A stretch of DNA of 64,000 bases from Verrucomicrobiota bacterium (GTDB lineage: Bacteria > Verrucomicrobiota > Lentisphaeria > JABSQK01 > JAJFLO01). The stretch is from positions 29,145 through 93,144 of the forward strand of contig JAJFLQ010000070.1 in the NCBI GenBank assembly GCA_021772615.1, written 5' to 3'. Numbering within the stretch: the first letter of the stretch is position 1; each line of letters opens with the position of its first letter. Below, piece by piece: positions 31,216 to 42,442 of the stretch. The notes under the pieces are model-generated. The model had not been told where the DNA came from and did not search any database. It worked only from the letters and a program-made list of their open reading frames with translations. The translations under genes were made by a program, and so were the position numbers.

Positions 31216-31740
31216 CTAAGATGAGTTTTCCGTTTTGTCATGATATGCCTTCAGAACGTGAACAATGCTTGATAGTTTGGCATTGAACACGCGTGCCAGA
31301 TTTGTCATAGGCGCCTGCAGCACGCCGAGGAGCTGCGACTGTACAATCTCTTTCGGCGGGAGGTCCGCCAGCAACACCGTATCATCCGGTGACAGTACGT
31401 CTCTATCGACGATAGCCCCCTTAAATTGTACGATGTCGACGCCCTTTGAAAACGTCTTGATTGCCTTTGCTGTCGGTCCCGGATCGCCTGCACCAAACAC
31501 AACGGCTGTATCCCCGGTAAGTTTGATCGTTGCGTTCGGCTCGATGCCGTTATTACGAAACCCCAATGACAGCAGCGTGTTCTTGTGCACCTGACACGTG
31601 GCATTGAATGCACGCAATTGGAGCCGAAACTCATCAAACTGGGCAACCGTCAACCCTTTGTATGTAATCAGAAACATAAACGACGACTGTTCTACCAGTG
31701 CGGTAATGTTCTGGGCTAATTGGATCTTTTCAACGCGCAT
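31216..31740 (-). CDS. rplJ: 50S ribosomal protein L10.
   Basis: 174 aa. Lies between rplA and rplL. Sequence is L10-like. Confidence 0.92.
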   Translation of the reverse strand: MRVEKIQLAQNITALVEQSSFMFLITYKGLTVAQFDEFRLQLRAFNATCQVHKNTLLSLGFRNNGIEPNATIKLTGDTAVVFGAGDPGPTAKAIKTFSKGVDIVQFKGAIVDRDVLSPDDTVLLADLPPKEIVQSQLLGVLQAPMTNLARVFNAKLSSIVHVLKAYHDKTENSS

Positions 31741-31741
31741 T

Positions 31742-32437
31742 TCAGGTCCTCGCCATTTCCCGGGTACTCACCTTGACTCCCGGACTCATTGTGGTGGACA
31801 ACGTACAGCTGAGCACGTAGATCCCCTTGGTCGCCGGTGGTCGGCTCCGTATGATGGCCTGAATAACAGCATTGCTGTTTTCAGCCAATGCAGTCTCAGT
31901 GAATGATATTTTACCCACAGGTACATGAACGCATCCGGTGCGATCGGCCCGGAATTCTACACGTCCTGCCTTGGCCGCTGCCACTGCCTCACCCGTATTT
32001 TCGGTGACCGTTCCCGTCTTGGGATTCGGCATCAGGCCGCGAGGTCCGAGAAGGCGTCCCAGCGTACGAACTTTCTGCATCGCAGCCGGCGTCGCGATCA
32101 TGGTATCAAATTCGAGCCATCCGCCCTTAATTCGCTCAATCAAATCCTCGAATCCGACGTGGTCGGCTCCGGCCGTCTTCGCCTGTTCTGCCGCATCGCC
32201 GGTGGCGACCACGACAACGGTAACCTGTTTGCCGGTGCCGTGCGGCAATGACAGTGCGCCCCGGACATTCTGGTCGGATTGGCGTGGGTCGACGCCAAGT
32301 CTCATTGTAGTCTCGACCGTTTCGTCAAATTTCATGGTCGGGAATTTCTTCAATATCGCTATAGCTTCATCCAACGAGTAGATCTGCTCGCGATCATATT
32401 GTTCCGCACGTGCGGTATATCCTTTGCTCCTACGCAT
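31742..32437 (-). CDS. rplA: 50S ribosomal protein L1.
   Basis: 231 aa. ... [27 protein letters not shown] ... [17 protein letters not shown] is L1-like. Confidence 0.95.
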   Translation of the reverse strand: MRRSKGYTARAEQYDREQIYSLDEAIAILKKFPTMKFDETVETTMRLGVDPRQSDQNVRGALSLPHGTGKQVTVVVVATGDAAEQAKTAGADHVGFEDLIERIKGGWLEFDTMIATPAAMQKVRTLGRLLGPRGLMPNPKTGTVTENTGEAVAAAKAGRVEFRADRTGCVHVPVGKISFTETALAENSNAVIQAIIRSRPPATKGIYVLSCTLSTTMSPGVKVSTREMART

Positions 32438-32858
32438 CTGCCACCTCGATTCCCATGCTTCGTGCCGTGCCGGCGATAATCCGAATTGCTGCGTCTTCGC
32501 TGCCCGTATTAAGGTCGTCTTTTTTTGTTCTCACGATTTCCAACAGCTGCTCCCGGGTTACTCGACCGACTTTTTCCCGACCAGGCGTGTTGGCGCCGCT
32601 GGCGAGTCCCGCTGCCTTCTTCAACAGAATTGCAGCAGGGGGCGATTTCGTAATAAACGAAAACGAGCGGTCGGCGTATACCGTGATCACCACCGGGATG
32701 ATCATGCCTGCACTGTTTTGGGTCGCCGCGTTGAATTGCTTGCAAAACTCCATGATATTCACGCCGGCCTGGCCCAAAGCCGGCCCGACAGGCGGTGCCG
32801 GATTTGCCGCGCCTGCGGGTATCTGGAGCCGGATAGTACCTGTCACTTTCTTTGCCAC
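32430..32858 (-). CDS. rplK: 50S ribosomal protein L11.
   Basis: [43 protein letters not shown] ... 142 aa. Overlaps the rplA start by 8 nt. Confidence 0.96.
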   Translation of the reverse strand: MAKKVTGTIRLQIPAGAANPAPPVGPALGQAGVNIMEFCKQFNAATQNSAGMIIPVVITVYADRSFSFITKSPPAAILLKKAAGLASGANTPGREKVGRVTREQLLEIVRTKKDDLNTGSEDAAIRIIAGTARSMGIEVADA

Positions 32859-32930
32859 AAGAATAATTCCTTATTACAGACGTCTCGTTTATGAACGGTT
32901 CCGGATCACTGACGTGTTGCGGAAAGCGGT

Positions 32931-33485
32931 CTATCCGCGCTCAACCTGCCAGTATTCAACCTCGACCGGAGTGAAGCGGCCGAATATGCTGACTGATAAT
33001 TTCAGCTTGCCACGATCCGGATCAATGTTCTCAATTTTGCCCTCGAAGTTCTCAAATGCACCGTCTCGAATTTTGACTGTCTCGCCAATGTCAAAATCAA
33101 TCCGCGGCTTTGTTCCCTTATCGCCCTTGTTAAGCTGGTCCAGAATATCATTTACTTCGTCCTCGCTCAGCGGAGTAGGCCGATCCCCGCCAACGAATCC
33201 AATCGTTCCATTTGTATTCTGGATGTATGTCCATATGCGATCGTCTACCTGGTTGTCCTCGTTATAGAGAACCGCATTCAATAGGATATAACCGGGGAAA
33301 AATTTTCGGTTGATCGTTGTCTTGCGCCCGAGCTTAACCTCGGTTACTCGTTCCATCGGAATGAGCGCCTCGAAAATCAATTCGGTCATTTCCTCAAGTT
33401 CAAGGCGCTTGTCGATACTGTCCTTGACCTTCATTTCGTGACCGGATAGCGTTTGGACGACAAACCATTGTCCTTGTGTTTCCAT
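32931..33485 (-). CDS. nusG: Transcription termination/antitermination factor NusG.
   Basis: WFVVQTLSGHEMKVKDSI ... NGN and KOW regions (GETVKIRDGAFENFEGKIENID). 184 aa. Confidence 0.93.
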   Translation of the reverse strand: METQGQWFVVQTLSGHEMKVKDSIDKRLELEEMTELIFEALIPMERVTEVKLGRKTTINRKFFPGYILLNAVLYNEDNQVDDRIWTYIQNTNGTIGFVGGDRPTPLSEDEVNDILDQLNKGDKGTKPRIDFDIGETVKIRDGAFENFEGKIENIDPDRGKLKLSVSIFGRFTPVEVEYWQVERG

Positions 33486-33554
33486 CGATTGACCTTCCAG
33501 CAGGCTGAAACCTGTGCGCGGGTTACAAATGATAATTCGGTTCGTTTTGTGGAG

Positions 33555-33752
33555 CTACGAGAGAATGAAAAATCGTATCAGCTTCTGCGTCACCATATCG
33601 ACACTCCAGATGAATGCCGTCAGCATCAACAATGAGACGATGACAATCGCGGTCGATTCCAATAATTCATTGGTTGTCGGCCACGTGCATTTTTTGACTT
33701 CGCTTACGGTTTCGTCGTAAAACTGTCTGATTCTTGGAATTGGATTGACCAT
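33555..33752 (-). CDS. secE: Preprotein translocase subunit SecE.
   Basis: 65 aa with a single TM helix (TAIVIVSLLMLTAFIWSVD). Sits at the canonical position between tRNA-Trp and nusG. Confidence 0.85.
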   Translation of the reverse strand: MVNPIPRIRQFYDETVSEVKKCTWPTTNELLESTAIVIVSLLMLTAFIWSVDMVTQKLIRFFILS

Positions 33753-33848
33753 ACGTAACTAATGACCAGATTAAATTGGAGGTTGGCGCAGATGCCGCGA
33801 TAGGTCGGCATTTCGGCGCAGTCTCAGATGAAAGCGGCTGTCCCGGAG

Positions 33849-33924
33849 TGGCAGGTGAGACAGGGTTCGAACCTGCGACCTGCGGTTTTGGAGACCGCTG
33901 CTCTACCAGCTGAGCTACTCACCT
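33849..33924 (-). tRNA. tRNA-Trp (anticodon CCA), CCA end encoded.
   Basis: The reverse complement folds as a cloverleaf: AGGTGAG-TA-GCTC-AGCTGGTA-GAGC-A-GCGGT-CTCCAAA-ACCGC-AGGTC-GCAGG-TTCGAAC-CCTGT-CTCACCT-G-CCA. Confidence 0.9.
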
Positions 33925-34284
33925 ATCATTTGGCTGCAGTAATCCGGATTGATAAGGCGCCAGCTGGCTTGATGTCAGCGCGTGTTCTCCACCACGATCG
34001 AACGCAGTCCCATGTGCCGTTTTTAGCGCGTTTCTCTGTGAAGCGTGTGCTTCCGCTCAAATCTACAGTATTTCTTGAGTTCGATCCGACCCGGAGTCTT
34101 CCGCTTATTCTTTGTTGTTGAGTAATTTCGCCGTTTACACTCGGTGCATGCGAGGGTTATTATATCGCGAGGCATTCGGGAACCTGTAGGTACTGTTCAA
34201 TAAAAAGTAAGATACCCGGGCACGGAGCGTAACTCGCATCTCCGGGCTCGGGTAAAAAATGCTATACGGTTTTTGAGATGGATG

Positions 34285-35481
34285 CTATTCGATGATGTCC
34301 GTGACGCGACCTGCACCGACAGTGCGACCACCTTCACGTATCGCGAAGCGCAAGGTTTTCTCCATCGCAATAGGGGCAATCAGCTCCACGTCAAGCGCGA
34401 CGTTGTCGCCTGGCATGACCATTTCCGTGCCCTCCGGCAGGGATGCGACGCCGGTCACATCAGTTGTGCGAAAATAGAACTGCGGCCGATAGCCATTGAA
34501 AAACGGCGTGTGCCTGCCGCCTTCCTCTTTGCTGAGAACATACACCTCGCCCTTGAATTTGGTGTGCGGCGTGATTGTGCCGGGCTTGGCGAGTACCTGC
34601 CCGCGCTCGACGTCGTCTTTTTTCGTTCCACGCAACAGGCAGCCTATGTTGTCTCCCGCCTCGCCGCGGTCAAGGATCTTGCGGAACATTTCAACGCCGG
34701 TGACGGTGGTTTTCTTCGTGTTGTGTATGCCCACGATTTCGACTTCTTCGCCGGTTTTGATAATACCGCGCTCACAGCGTCCGGTGACGACCGTTCCGCG
34801 TCCCTCGATTGAGAATACATCCTCGATCGGCATGAGAAATGCCTTGTCCAAATCGCGGACCGGTTCGGGAATGTACTCATCGACAGCCGACATGAGGTCG
34901 ACAATAGCCTTGCAATTCTCATGGGTGGCATCGCCTCCCGCTTCCATTGCTTTCAAGGCAGATCCGAATATAATAGGAATGTCGTCGCCGGGGAACTCAT
35001 ATTTCGACAGCAACTCGCGAACTTCGAGTTCGACTAACTCAAGCAGCTCGTCATCGTCTACCTGGTCGACTTTGTTTACAAAAACAACCATTGCCGGTAC
35101 GCCGACCTGACGAGCGAGGAGAATGTGTTCGCGCGTTTGTGCCATGGGGCCGTCGGTGGCCGCGATCACCAGGATGGCGCCGTCCATTTGGGCGGCACCG
35201 GTAATCATGTTCTTCACATAGTCAGCGTGGCCCGGACAGTCGACATGCGCGTAGTGACGTTTCTCCGTCTGGTACTCTACGTGTGCTGTATTGATGGTAA
35301 TACCGCGTTCGCGCTCTTCCGGTGCGTTGTCGATTTCGGCATATGATTTCGCATCGCCGCCGAATGATTGGGAAAGCGTCATGGTGATAGCGGCTGTCAA
35401 TGTGGTCTTGCCGTGATCGACGTGGCCAATCGTGCCGATATTCAAGTGCGGTTTGTTGCGTTCAAAAACTGCTTTAGCCAT
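34285..35481 (-). CDS. tuf: Elongation factor Tu.
   Basis: [33 protein letters not shown] ... 398 aa full-length EF-Tu. Confidence 0.98.
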   Translation of the reverse strand: MAKAVFERNKPHLNIGTIGHVDHGKTTLTAAITMTLSQSFGGDAKSYAEIDNAPEERERGITINTAHVEYQTEKRHYAHVDCPGHADYVKNMITGAAQMDGAILVIAATDGPMAQTREHILLARQVGVPAMVVFVNKVDQVDDDELLELVELEVRELLSKYEFPGDDIPIIFGSALKAMEAGGDATHENCKAIVDLMSAVDEYIPEPVRDLDKAFLMPIEDVFSIEGRGTVVTGRCERGIIKTGEEVEIVGIHNTKKTTVTGVEMFRKILDRGEAGDNIGCLLRGTKKDDVERGQVLAKPGTITPHTKFKGEVYVLSKEEGGRHTPFFNGYRPQFYFRTTDVTGVASLPEGTEMVMPGDNVALDVELIAPIAMEKTLRFAIREGGRTVGAGRVTDIIE

Positions 35482-35642
35482 TTTTTTCCTCCGAAATGGA
35501 TGTCTCTCTACTGTTGCGGTGCAAAATGCATGTCGGCCGATAGCCGCTGCATTCGTGATTTCTATTGAATTTGCCTATCGCCTTTATGTCCTGCTCAACC
35601 ATATCAATTGTGGATTATCAAGATGAGCGGGAAAAGGCGGAA

Positions 35643-35715
<73 letters not shown>

Positions 35716-35799
35716 AAATCAAAATTAAGCGTATAAGTTACGCTCGGTTCACACGCTTTCAAATCATTAATTTGACAATTTACAAAGAAAATCAAATGA

Positions 35800-37563
35800 T
35801 TATTTGTCATTGTTTCCATCGTCGCTTTCGTTTTCACTCGCTTCGATAGCGATGTCGAATACATCACCTACATCAACCATCTGATCGCCCGGCTTGAGGT
35901 TGGTGGTCTTTGCGGCCGGGTCACCGATTACAGGTATGTCCCTGACTGTCTTTGTGCTCAGGCCGATGCGGCGCTCGTTCTTGTCAATCTTGATTACCTG
36001 AGCCTCGATGGTTTCACCGATTTTCAGGAAGTCCTTCACTTTTTCGACGCGCTCGTCGCTAATTTGGGAGATGTGAATCAATCCGTCGATGTCGTGATCC
36101 AACTTTATGAAAGCACCGAAGTTTGTGAGTTTCCTGACTACGCCGTCAACAGGTGTACCCACCTGAAAGTAGGAGTCAATATTTTCCCACGGATCTTCCA
36201 TGAGCTGTTTTATGCCAAGGGAAATACGCTGCTGCTCGGGGTCAATGACGAGAACGACGGCATCAACCTCGTCGCCCTTCTTCAATATTTCCGACGGATT
36301 ATTAATTTTGCGTGTCCACGACATGTCAGACACATGGACCATGCCGTCGATGTCTTCCTCGATCTCGACAAATGCACCGTAGGTGGTAAGATTCCGCACA
36401 CGTCCCGAAACGCGCGTTCCGGGCGGGTATTTTTCGGCAGCAAGAACCCACGGATTCTCCATGGTCTGGCGTAGCCCCAGGGAGATCTTTTTTGAGTTAC
36501 GTTGAATGTCCAATACGACTGCCTCAACCTCCTGGCCGGATTGCAGGACGTCGCTGGCTCGTGTTACCCGCTTGGTCCAGGACATTTCGGAGATATGAAT
36601 CAAGCCTTCGACGCCAACCTCGATTTCAACAAAGGCACCATACGGCATGACGTTGACGACGTGGCCCTTTATCCGTGACTCCACCGGGTAATGTTCCTCG
36701 ACGCTCTCCCAGGGATCCGGCGTCTTCTGCTTCAGCCCCAGCGATACGCGTTCCTTTTCCCGGTCTACATCGAGAATGACGGCCTCGACATCCTCGTTCA
36801 GCGACAGCATTTCCGACGGATGCGAGATGCGGCCCCATGACATGTCGGTAATATGCAACAGGCCGTCTATGCCGTTGAGGTCGATAAACGCTCCGAAATC
36901 CGTGATGTTCTTGACGAAACCCTTGCGCAATTGGCCGGGAAGTATTTCCGCCATGATCGAAGCTCGCCGACGGGCCTTTGCCTCTTCCAGCAACTCGCGC
37001 CTTGAGACAACGATATTGCGGCGCTCCGCGTTGATTTTCAGGATCTTGAAATCGAATTCCTGGCCGACCAGCTCGTCGAGATTTTTTACCGGCACAATAT
37101 CAACCTGCGAACCGGGAAGAAATGCATCTACGCCGATATCAATGATAAATCCGCCGCGGACCCGATGCTTCACCGTACCTTTTACTACCGTGCCTTCTTC
37201 GTGATTCTTGAAAAAATGCTCCCACGCCTCCTGCGCTACCGCTTTCTGTATGCTCAGTAGCGGCATGTTATTGACTTCATCCTCAATGGACTCGAGGATG
37301 GCGCGAATCTCATCGCCGGGATTTATCGCCTTCCAATCCACCACTTCGTCCTTGGGGACGAAGCCTTCCGCTTTGTAGCCGATGTCTACGATGACGCCGC
37401 TGTCGCGCTTTTCGACGACTTTGCCGTTCACAATGGATCCTTCGCCGAATGTGGTTCCGCTGTCGTCACCCAGTAATTCGTCCATGCTCGGCATGTTGGA
37501 GAAATCAAATAGGTCGGGAAAGTTGATAGCGCCGGTGTCTTTGGTTGATGATTTTTCGGTCAT
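35800..37563 (-). CDS. rpsA: 30S ribosomal protein S1 (six S1 domains).
   Basis: 587 aa with repeated S1-domain motifs (G.V.G.V..I...GAFV.I..G..GL.HIS). Confidence 0.95.
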   Translation of the reverse strand: MTEKSSTKDTGAINFPDLFDFSNMPSMDELLGDDSGTTFGEGSIVNGKVVEKRDSGVIVDIGYKAEGFVPKDEVVDWKAINPGDEIRAILESIEDEVNNMPLLSIQKAVAQEAWEHFFKNHEEGTVVKGTVKHRVRGGFIIDIGVDAFLPGSQVDIVPVKNLDELVGQEFDFKILKINAERRNIVVSRRELLEEAKARRRASIMAEILPGQLRKGFVKNITDFGAFIDLNGIDGLLHITDMSWGRISHPSEMLSLNEDVEAVILDVDREKERVSLGLKQKTPDPWESVEEHYPVESRIKGHVVNVMPYGAFVEIEVGVEGLIHISEMSWTKRVTRASDVLQSGQEVEAVVLDIQRNSKKISLGLRQTMENPWVLAAEKYPPGTRVSGRVRNLTTYGAFVEIEEDIDGMVHVSDMSWTRKINNPSEILKKGDEVDAVVLVIDPEQQRISLGIKQLMEDPWENIDSYFQVGTPVDGVVRKLTNFGAFIKLDHDIDGLIHISQISDERVEKVKDFLKIGETIEAQVIKIDKNERRIGLSTKTVRDIPVIGDPAAKTTNLKPGDQMVDVGDVFDIAIEASENESDDGNNDK

Positions 37564-37753
37564 AAATGCGGGTACACTCGTTTTATTTACGTTCGTTAAT
37601 ATTGAATGTGGATGTGAAACGCGAGGCGGAAAAAAAGTCGGGTACTATGCTCTGGTAACATGGCGTCGTCAACTGGGATTTTGCAAAAAGCCATGGAACC
37701 GCTTGAACCCCGACTAAAGTTGGGGATGTAACCTATCGTCATCCCGAGGTATA

Positions 37754-38500
37754 TCAACGTGCCAGAAAAACGGCGACGAATTCGATATTCCCTTTCGCAC
37801 CTTTAAGGGGTGATTGGCACACAGCCAACGTGTGCCAACCAAGCGTGGATTCAGCGAATTCACGAATCTTGCATACGGCGCGTTGCCGTGTTTCATCCGA
37901 TCGTACCACGCCGCCCTTGCCAACTTCGTTGCGTTCGGCCTCAAACTGTGGCTTGATCAACAGCATGATCACGGCGTCGGGCGCGAGTAGCGGCGGGATG
38001 GCAGGGAGTACTTTCGTCAGTGAAATAAACGACAGGTCTGCGGTAACCAGATGAACGGGATCGGGGACGATTGCTGTGGTGATGTAACGGGCATTGACTT
38101 TTTCAAGACATACCACGCGGGGATCACGACGTAGCCGATAATGCAGTTGCCCGTGTCCAACGTCTACCGCGAAGACCCGTGCAGCGCCTCGTTGCAGCAT
38201 GAGATCCGTAAAGCCGCCGGTCGACGCGCCCAGATCGAGGGCTGTACATCCCTCGGCTGAACCGACGTGAGCGTCAAATGCCTCAATGAGTTTTTGGGCG
38301 CCGCGACTGACAAACTGGTGTCGGTGGGTGACCGTAAATTGCGTGTTGCAATCCCAGGTCTCGGCCGGTTTGGCCACAATTCTGTCCGCGCCCACCCGGA
38401 CTTCGCCCGCCATAATCGATTTTCGAGCGCGTTCCCTGCTGTCGAAGTGGCCGTGTTCGACAAGCAGAATATCGGCACGTTGCCTGGATGTCCGCGTCAT
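37754..38500 (-). CDS. tlyA: TlyA-family rRNA 2'-O-methyltransferase (S4-like domain + FtsJ fold).
   Basis: N-terminal S4-like segment (RADILLVEHGHFDSRERARKSIMAGEVRV) and an SAM-binding GASTGGFTD motif. 248 aa. Confidence 0.85.
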   Translation of the reverse strand: MTRTSRQRADILLVEHGHFDSRERARKSIMAGEVRVGADRIVAKPAETWDCNTQFTVTHRHQFVSRGAQKLIEAFDAHVGSAEGCTALDLGASTGGFTDLMLQRGAARVFAVDVGHGQLHYRLRRDPRVVCLEKVNARYITTAIVPDPVHLVTADLSFISLTKVLPAIPPLLAPDAVIMLLIKPQFEAERNEVGKGGVVRSDETRQRAVCKIREFAESTLGWHTLAVCQSPLKGAKGNIEFVAVFLAR

Positions 38501-38613
38501 ATTTCCAGCTCGGGCGTCAGATTATTCCTGGCACTGCGATAGTGATTTGACATTGCCGGAAATCTCTGCGAACGCACATTGCTCCCGGACCGAACTTCGG
38601 TTCGGCACGCGAA

Positions 38614-39870
38614 TTATTCGCGGATCTGGCCGGTTCCCAGCACCACATATTTGTAGGTCGTCAGTTCCTCGAGGCCCATCGGTCCACGCGCATGGATCCG
38701 ATCGGTACTTATTCCGATTTCTGCGCCCATGCCGAATTGGCCGCCGTCCGTGAATCGCGTAGAGGCATTCACATATACCGCAGCTGAATCCACCTCGCGC
38801 AGGAAGCGGTCGCAGGCTGTTTCGTCGTCGCTTACAATCGCGTCGCTGTGCCCGGATCCGTAGGTTGCAATATGGTCGATCGCGGCACCGATGTCAGGAA
38901 CAATCTTTACCGACAGAATCTTATCCAGATATTCCTCATGCCAGTCGTCTTCGGTCGCCGGCACCGCGTCCTTCACTAGGTCGAGGAAGCCCGGATCTCC
39001 ACGGAGTTCAACATCCGACGCACGCAGGCGTTGCGCCATCGCCGTAGCGAAGTGATCGGCCACCGCTTCGTGAATCAACACCGTCTCGACGGCATTGCAT
39101 ACACCGGGTCGCTGGCACTTTGCGTTTTCGATAATTGCAAGCGCCATGTCCGCGTTCACAATCTGATCGACATAGATATGGCAAACGCCTTTATAGTGTT
39201 TGATGACCGGCACGGTCGCGTTCTCGGCAACGAACCGGATTAACCCTTCGCCGCCGCGCGGGATGATCAGATCGATGTGGTCGTTCATTTTTACCATCAC
39301 CGACACCGCTTCCCGGTCTGTCCACGGCAGGATCTGGATGGTCTTGTCATTCACATTCGCACGCCGCAGGCCAGCCGTCATCGACCTCGCCAGAGCGAGA
39401 TTGGAATTGGCCGACTCCGACCCGCCGCGTAGTACCACCGCGTTGCCGGCTTTGAGGCAAAGGGCGGCGGCATCCACCGTCACATTCGGTCGCGATTCGT
39501 AGATGATCCCGATTACTCCGATCGGCACGCGGACCTTCCGTACTTTGAGCCCGTTTTGCAAGGTGAATTCACGGTCGACCTTGCCTGCCGGATCGGACAG
39601 ATCGGTAATGTCGTGCAGGCTCTGGATCACAGACGACAGGCGATCGTTCGTAAGTTCCAGCCGATCCAGCATGGCACCGTTCAGTCGATTCTTTTTTCCG
39701 TTTTTGAGATCAATAATATTGGCATCTGCGATCTTTTTCCGATCCATCTCAAGCTGGTCGGCAATAGCCTCAAGGCAACGGTTCTTTTTCTGATCGGTCA
39801 TGATCGCCGCCTGCCTGGCCGCAAGTACCGCCAACTCGCCGATCTTGTTCATTTCATTGAGAAAATCCAT
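38614..39870 (-). CDS. proA: Gamma-glutamyl phosphate reductase.
   Basis: 418 aa with ProA hallmarks (... RVPIGVIGIIYESRPNVTVDAAALCLKAGNAVVLRGGSE ...). Confidence 0.93.
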   Translation of the reverse strand: MDFLNEMNKIGELAVLAARQAAIMTDQKKNRCLEAIADQLEMDRKKIADANIIDLKNGKKNRLNGAMLDRLELTNDRLSSVIQSLHDITDLSDPAGKVDREFTLQNGLKVRKVRVPIGVIGIIYESRPNVTVDAAALCLKAGNAVVLRGGSESANSNLALARSMTAGLRRANVNDKTIQILPWTDREAVSVMVKMNDHIDLIIPRGGEGLIRFVAENATVPVIKHYKGVCHIYVDQIVNADMALAIIENAKCQRPGVCNAVETVLIHEAVADHFATAMAQRLRASDVELRGDPGFLDLVKDAVPATEDDWHEEYLDKILSVKIVPDIGAAIDHIATYGSGHSDAIVSDDETACDRFLREVDSAAVYVNASTRFTDGGQFGMGAEIGISTDRIHARGPMGLEELTTYKYVVLGTGQIRE

Positions 39871-39981
39871 GGCACTGATTCCACAGTAATGTGTCCGGTT
39901 TTATTGTGCCGGCATGGTTGGACTTTGCCTTTCGACGCGCGTGCGCGCCACAGCGGTCACGCCGAGTCGGCGTATTCCTGG

Positions 39982-40608
39982 TTACCAGCCCACCCGTGCC
40001 TTTTTGCCCATTTTTACGATTTGCACCTCGTCCTCCCAAATCGCCAACCCGTTTTTCAGATCTGTTAACGTCATCTGAAAGGCGAAAGCAGACTGCTTGT
40101 GACGGCCGGCACGGGTGTCGAGCTGAATGATCTTTCCCGACAGGCTGTAGCGAGGCGCGACCAGGTTTCCCTGGGACTGTGTTGTGCTCTGATCGAATTC
40201 CGCCGAATCTCTCAATTCGCGAACAGCCATGCTTGCTTCGTCTTCGGGGCCCCCAGCGCCGACCGCCGTTGTTGTCAGGACTTTTCCACTGCGATTCAGC
40301 GCGACACGAATCTTCTTTGTCAGCAGGTCGGTGTCGATGTGTTCGCTGGTACTGTTACGGACGTGGCTGATCATGATAATGTTCTTGCCGCTGTCATTGG
40401 ATGTAAGGGTTCCCGACGAAAGCAGGGATTGGATGACCTGCTCAGCGGCTGCACCCCAGTCGTGAACATCAATGGTTCCGATCGTGGTGATTCCTTCGTT
40501 ACCCTCTGGATCGACGTAGGTTACTTTTCCTGTCTGACACCCCTGTAAGGCCAGAGACATCACCATTAAGCACAACGCCGTCCTGTTGTTCATGATTGAT
40601 TTTTTCAT
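39982..40608 (-). CDS. Lipoprotein, LpoB-like (COG3417-type penicillin-binding-protein activator family), tentative.
   Basis: Lipobox LALQGC. Similar in length and pattern to E. coli LpoB as I recall it (DW ... LL ... NRS ... IWEDEV vs YDWNGA ... IIWSGKG). Immediately followed by a YcfL-like gene, as in E. coli. Confidence 0.55.
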   Translation of the reverse strand: MKKSIMNNRTALCLMVMSLALQGCQTGKVTYVDPEGNEGITTIGTIDVHDWGAAAEQVIQSLLSSGTLTSNDSGKNIIMISHVRNSTSEHIDTDLLTKKIRVALNRSGKVLTTTAVGAGGPEDEASMAVRELRDSAEFDQSTTQSQGNLVAPRYSLSGKIIQLDTRAGRHKQSAFAFQMTLTDLKNGLAIWEDEVQIVKMGKKARVGW

Positions 40609-40625
40609 GTATCGCTCCTTATGAT

Positions 40626-41057
40626 TTACATCATTTTATATTTGAATCGTACATTGCGGACATGCGCCGCGGGAGCGACCGACGTAACCGACAGGCGGTC
40701 GCCGGCCGGTATGCGTACGATGGTCCAGCGATACGCCGCCGGGTTTGCAATCATGGCATCATCATCGAACCATTCGAACCGATATTCAATGGTTCTGGTA
40801 CGGCGCGTGGTGTTGGCCAGGACGGCCTGTGCGGTGAGGAAATTTTTCACCATGCCGGACGTGGTGATCGATTCCAGGTGTATCTTCCGTGCCAACGCTG
40901 CGCTGGAGGTATCGCGTGTTTCATTATAGACGCTGGAATAGACCGGTCGTGTGAGCGTCACGCTATTTACCGGTCGCGTTGCGCACCCTGCGATTACCAA
41001 AATAATCGCAAGCAGCGCCACAAGGCGTCGGTGTTTTGGCATGCATATATTCTTCAT
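40626..41057 (-). CDS. Lipoprotein, YcfL-like (DUF1425 family).
   Basis: Lipobox VIAGC. IEYRFEWFDDDAMI ... YRWTIVRIPAGDRLSVTSVAPAAH ... resembles the YcfL pattern (HYRLYWYD ... SVTIPAHSAVTL). Overlaps the upstream gene by 4 nt. Confidence 0.55.
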   Translation of the reverse strand: MKNICMPKHRRLVALLAIILVIAGCATRPVNSVTLTRPVYSSVYNETRDTSSAALARKIHLESITTSGMVKNFLTAQAVLANTTRRTRTIEYRFEWFDDDAMIANPAAYRWTIVRIPAGDRLSVTSVAPAAHVRNVRFKYKMM

Positions 41058-42442
41058 CGCAGCACCATGATGTGGGTGAACATAATAGTATGATCCTCAA
41101 GTATCCGCACGTACACAAGCACGGCCTCTGCTTCCGGTATCGTGACCGTTGTTTTTTTCGCGCCGCCAGGACCGTGGATGGCTATTGCGCCACGATCCGG
41201 TTTCGTGAATCTGGCCACGTGAAACGCCTTCGGCAGTGTCAGCCAGCTGCGCTGGTCGGCGCGGTTCATTAGTATTGAAAATAACGTCGCGCCAATCTGT
41301 CCGAGCGCGCCGGCTTGTCGTTCCATTTCGATCTGGGCCGCTACCTTTGCCGCTGTGGCGGCAACTGTCCGTGCCGTAGCGATGCGCATCCATTGCTCGA
41401 ATTCAGCAGAAATAATGGAATCCATATCGGATACCATTGTTGTCCGCGCGAGTTCACGATCCCCGCTCAGCACCACCAGAGGCATATGCGGTGATCGCGA
41501 AAAGTGCAGTTTCGGGAATGCGACGCCGACGTGACTCACGTTATGCGCCGGCACCGGTACATCAATTCGCACCTCCTCCCGGCGCGGCGCCGATCCGACT
41601 TCTGCAATCAGGTAAACGACCGGATCAAGCGGCGCGCCCGAGAGCCTCGCCGCGGTGGCCTCAATATCCTGGTCGATATGGGTGTTGCTGCCGATCATCG
41701 CCGCGACGCGGTCAAAGTCAATGCGCGCACGCTCTATATCGGATGGGTCACTCGATGTTGTTGAAAACACGACACCGTCGAGATAGACGGTAAACGGGTT
41801 GACGAAGTCGGCGAATGCCGTCAGTTCCGTTGGAGACCTTTTGAGTCCCAATTGTTCCCGATAATTCGGGTTTTTCATTATCGTTGGTGCGACATGTTGC
41901 TGGTCCGCAGCGTCGGATTCCGCGCCGTGAATCGCGGACTGGTACCGATCGACCGCATCTTTCTGCCGTTGGTAGGCGCGTCGCAGTTCGACCCGGGCCC
42001 CGTCAGGCTGTCCCAGGCAGAGGTAGTTGAGGGCCTTGTACGTGTGGAGCATGATGCGATCATAAGCGTAGCCCTGGTACGGAATGGCGTTGGGATTGGT
42101 CATGATCCCGGCAAGGTTATTGCCGAGATCCCGCACACTCACCGACGCGCGGTCATCAAAGCTGTCAATTAGGGCCGCTGCCTGCTCGAATGCGGCATTG
42201 CTGCCCTCGAAATCACCGGCAGCGCGTCGAGATGCACCGCATTCGAGCCACCACAGCGCAGCATCCGTCGAATTCGCACGGCGTTTCGTCATCTTGCCAA
42301 GGTACCGGTTGGCGGCGTCAAGCCGTCCGTGTTGGTAATCCGGATAAAATCCGGCCGCCTGCGACGGGTAATCTCTGATGGTTGAGCATCCGGCAAGCAG
42401 CGCACCGGCGACGACGAAAAACGTGGCTGTAATACGATTCAT
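41054..42442 (-). CDS. Large lipoprotein of unknown function (~462 aa), third member of the lipoprotein cluster.
   Basis: Start chosen at MNRITATFFVVAGALLAGCST (lipobox LAGC). The ORF extends upstream to 42517. No recognisable catalytic motifs. Confidence 0.6.
   Translation of the reverse strand: MNRITATFFVVAGALLAGCSTIRDYPSQAAGFYPDYQHGRLDAANRYLGKMTKRRANSTDAALWWLECGASRRAAGDFEGSNAAFEQAAALIDSFDDRASVSVRDLGNNLAGIMTNPNAIPYQGYAYDRIMLHTYKALNYLCLGQPDGARVELRRAYQRQKDAVDRYQSAIHGAESDAADQQHVAPTIMKNPNYREQLGLKRSPTELTAFADFVNPFTVYLDGVVFSTTSSDPSDIERARIDFDRVAAMIGSNTHIDQDIEATAARLSGAPLDPVVYLIAEVGSAPRREEVRIDVPVPAHNVSHVGVAFPKLHFSRSPHMPLVVLSGDRELARTTMVSDMDSIISAEFEQWMRIATARTVAATAAKVAAQIEMERQAGALGQIGATLFSILMNRADQRSWLTLPKAFHVARFTKPDRGAIAIHGPGGAKKTTVTIPEAEAVLVYVRILEDHTIMFTHIMVLR

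Noticed and set aside
32410-33267. 285-aa + strand ORF spanning rplK/nusG antisense.
   Set aside because: Overlaps two conserved genes on the other strand. No features.
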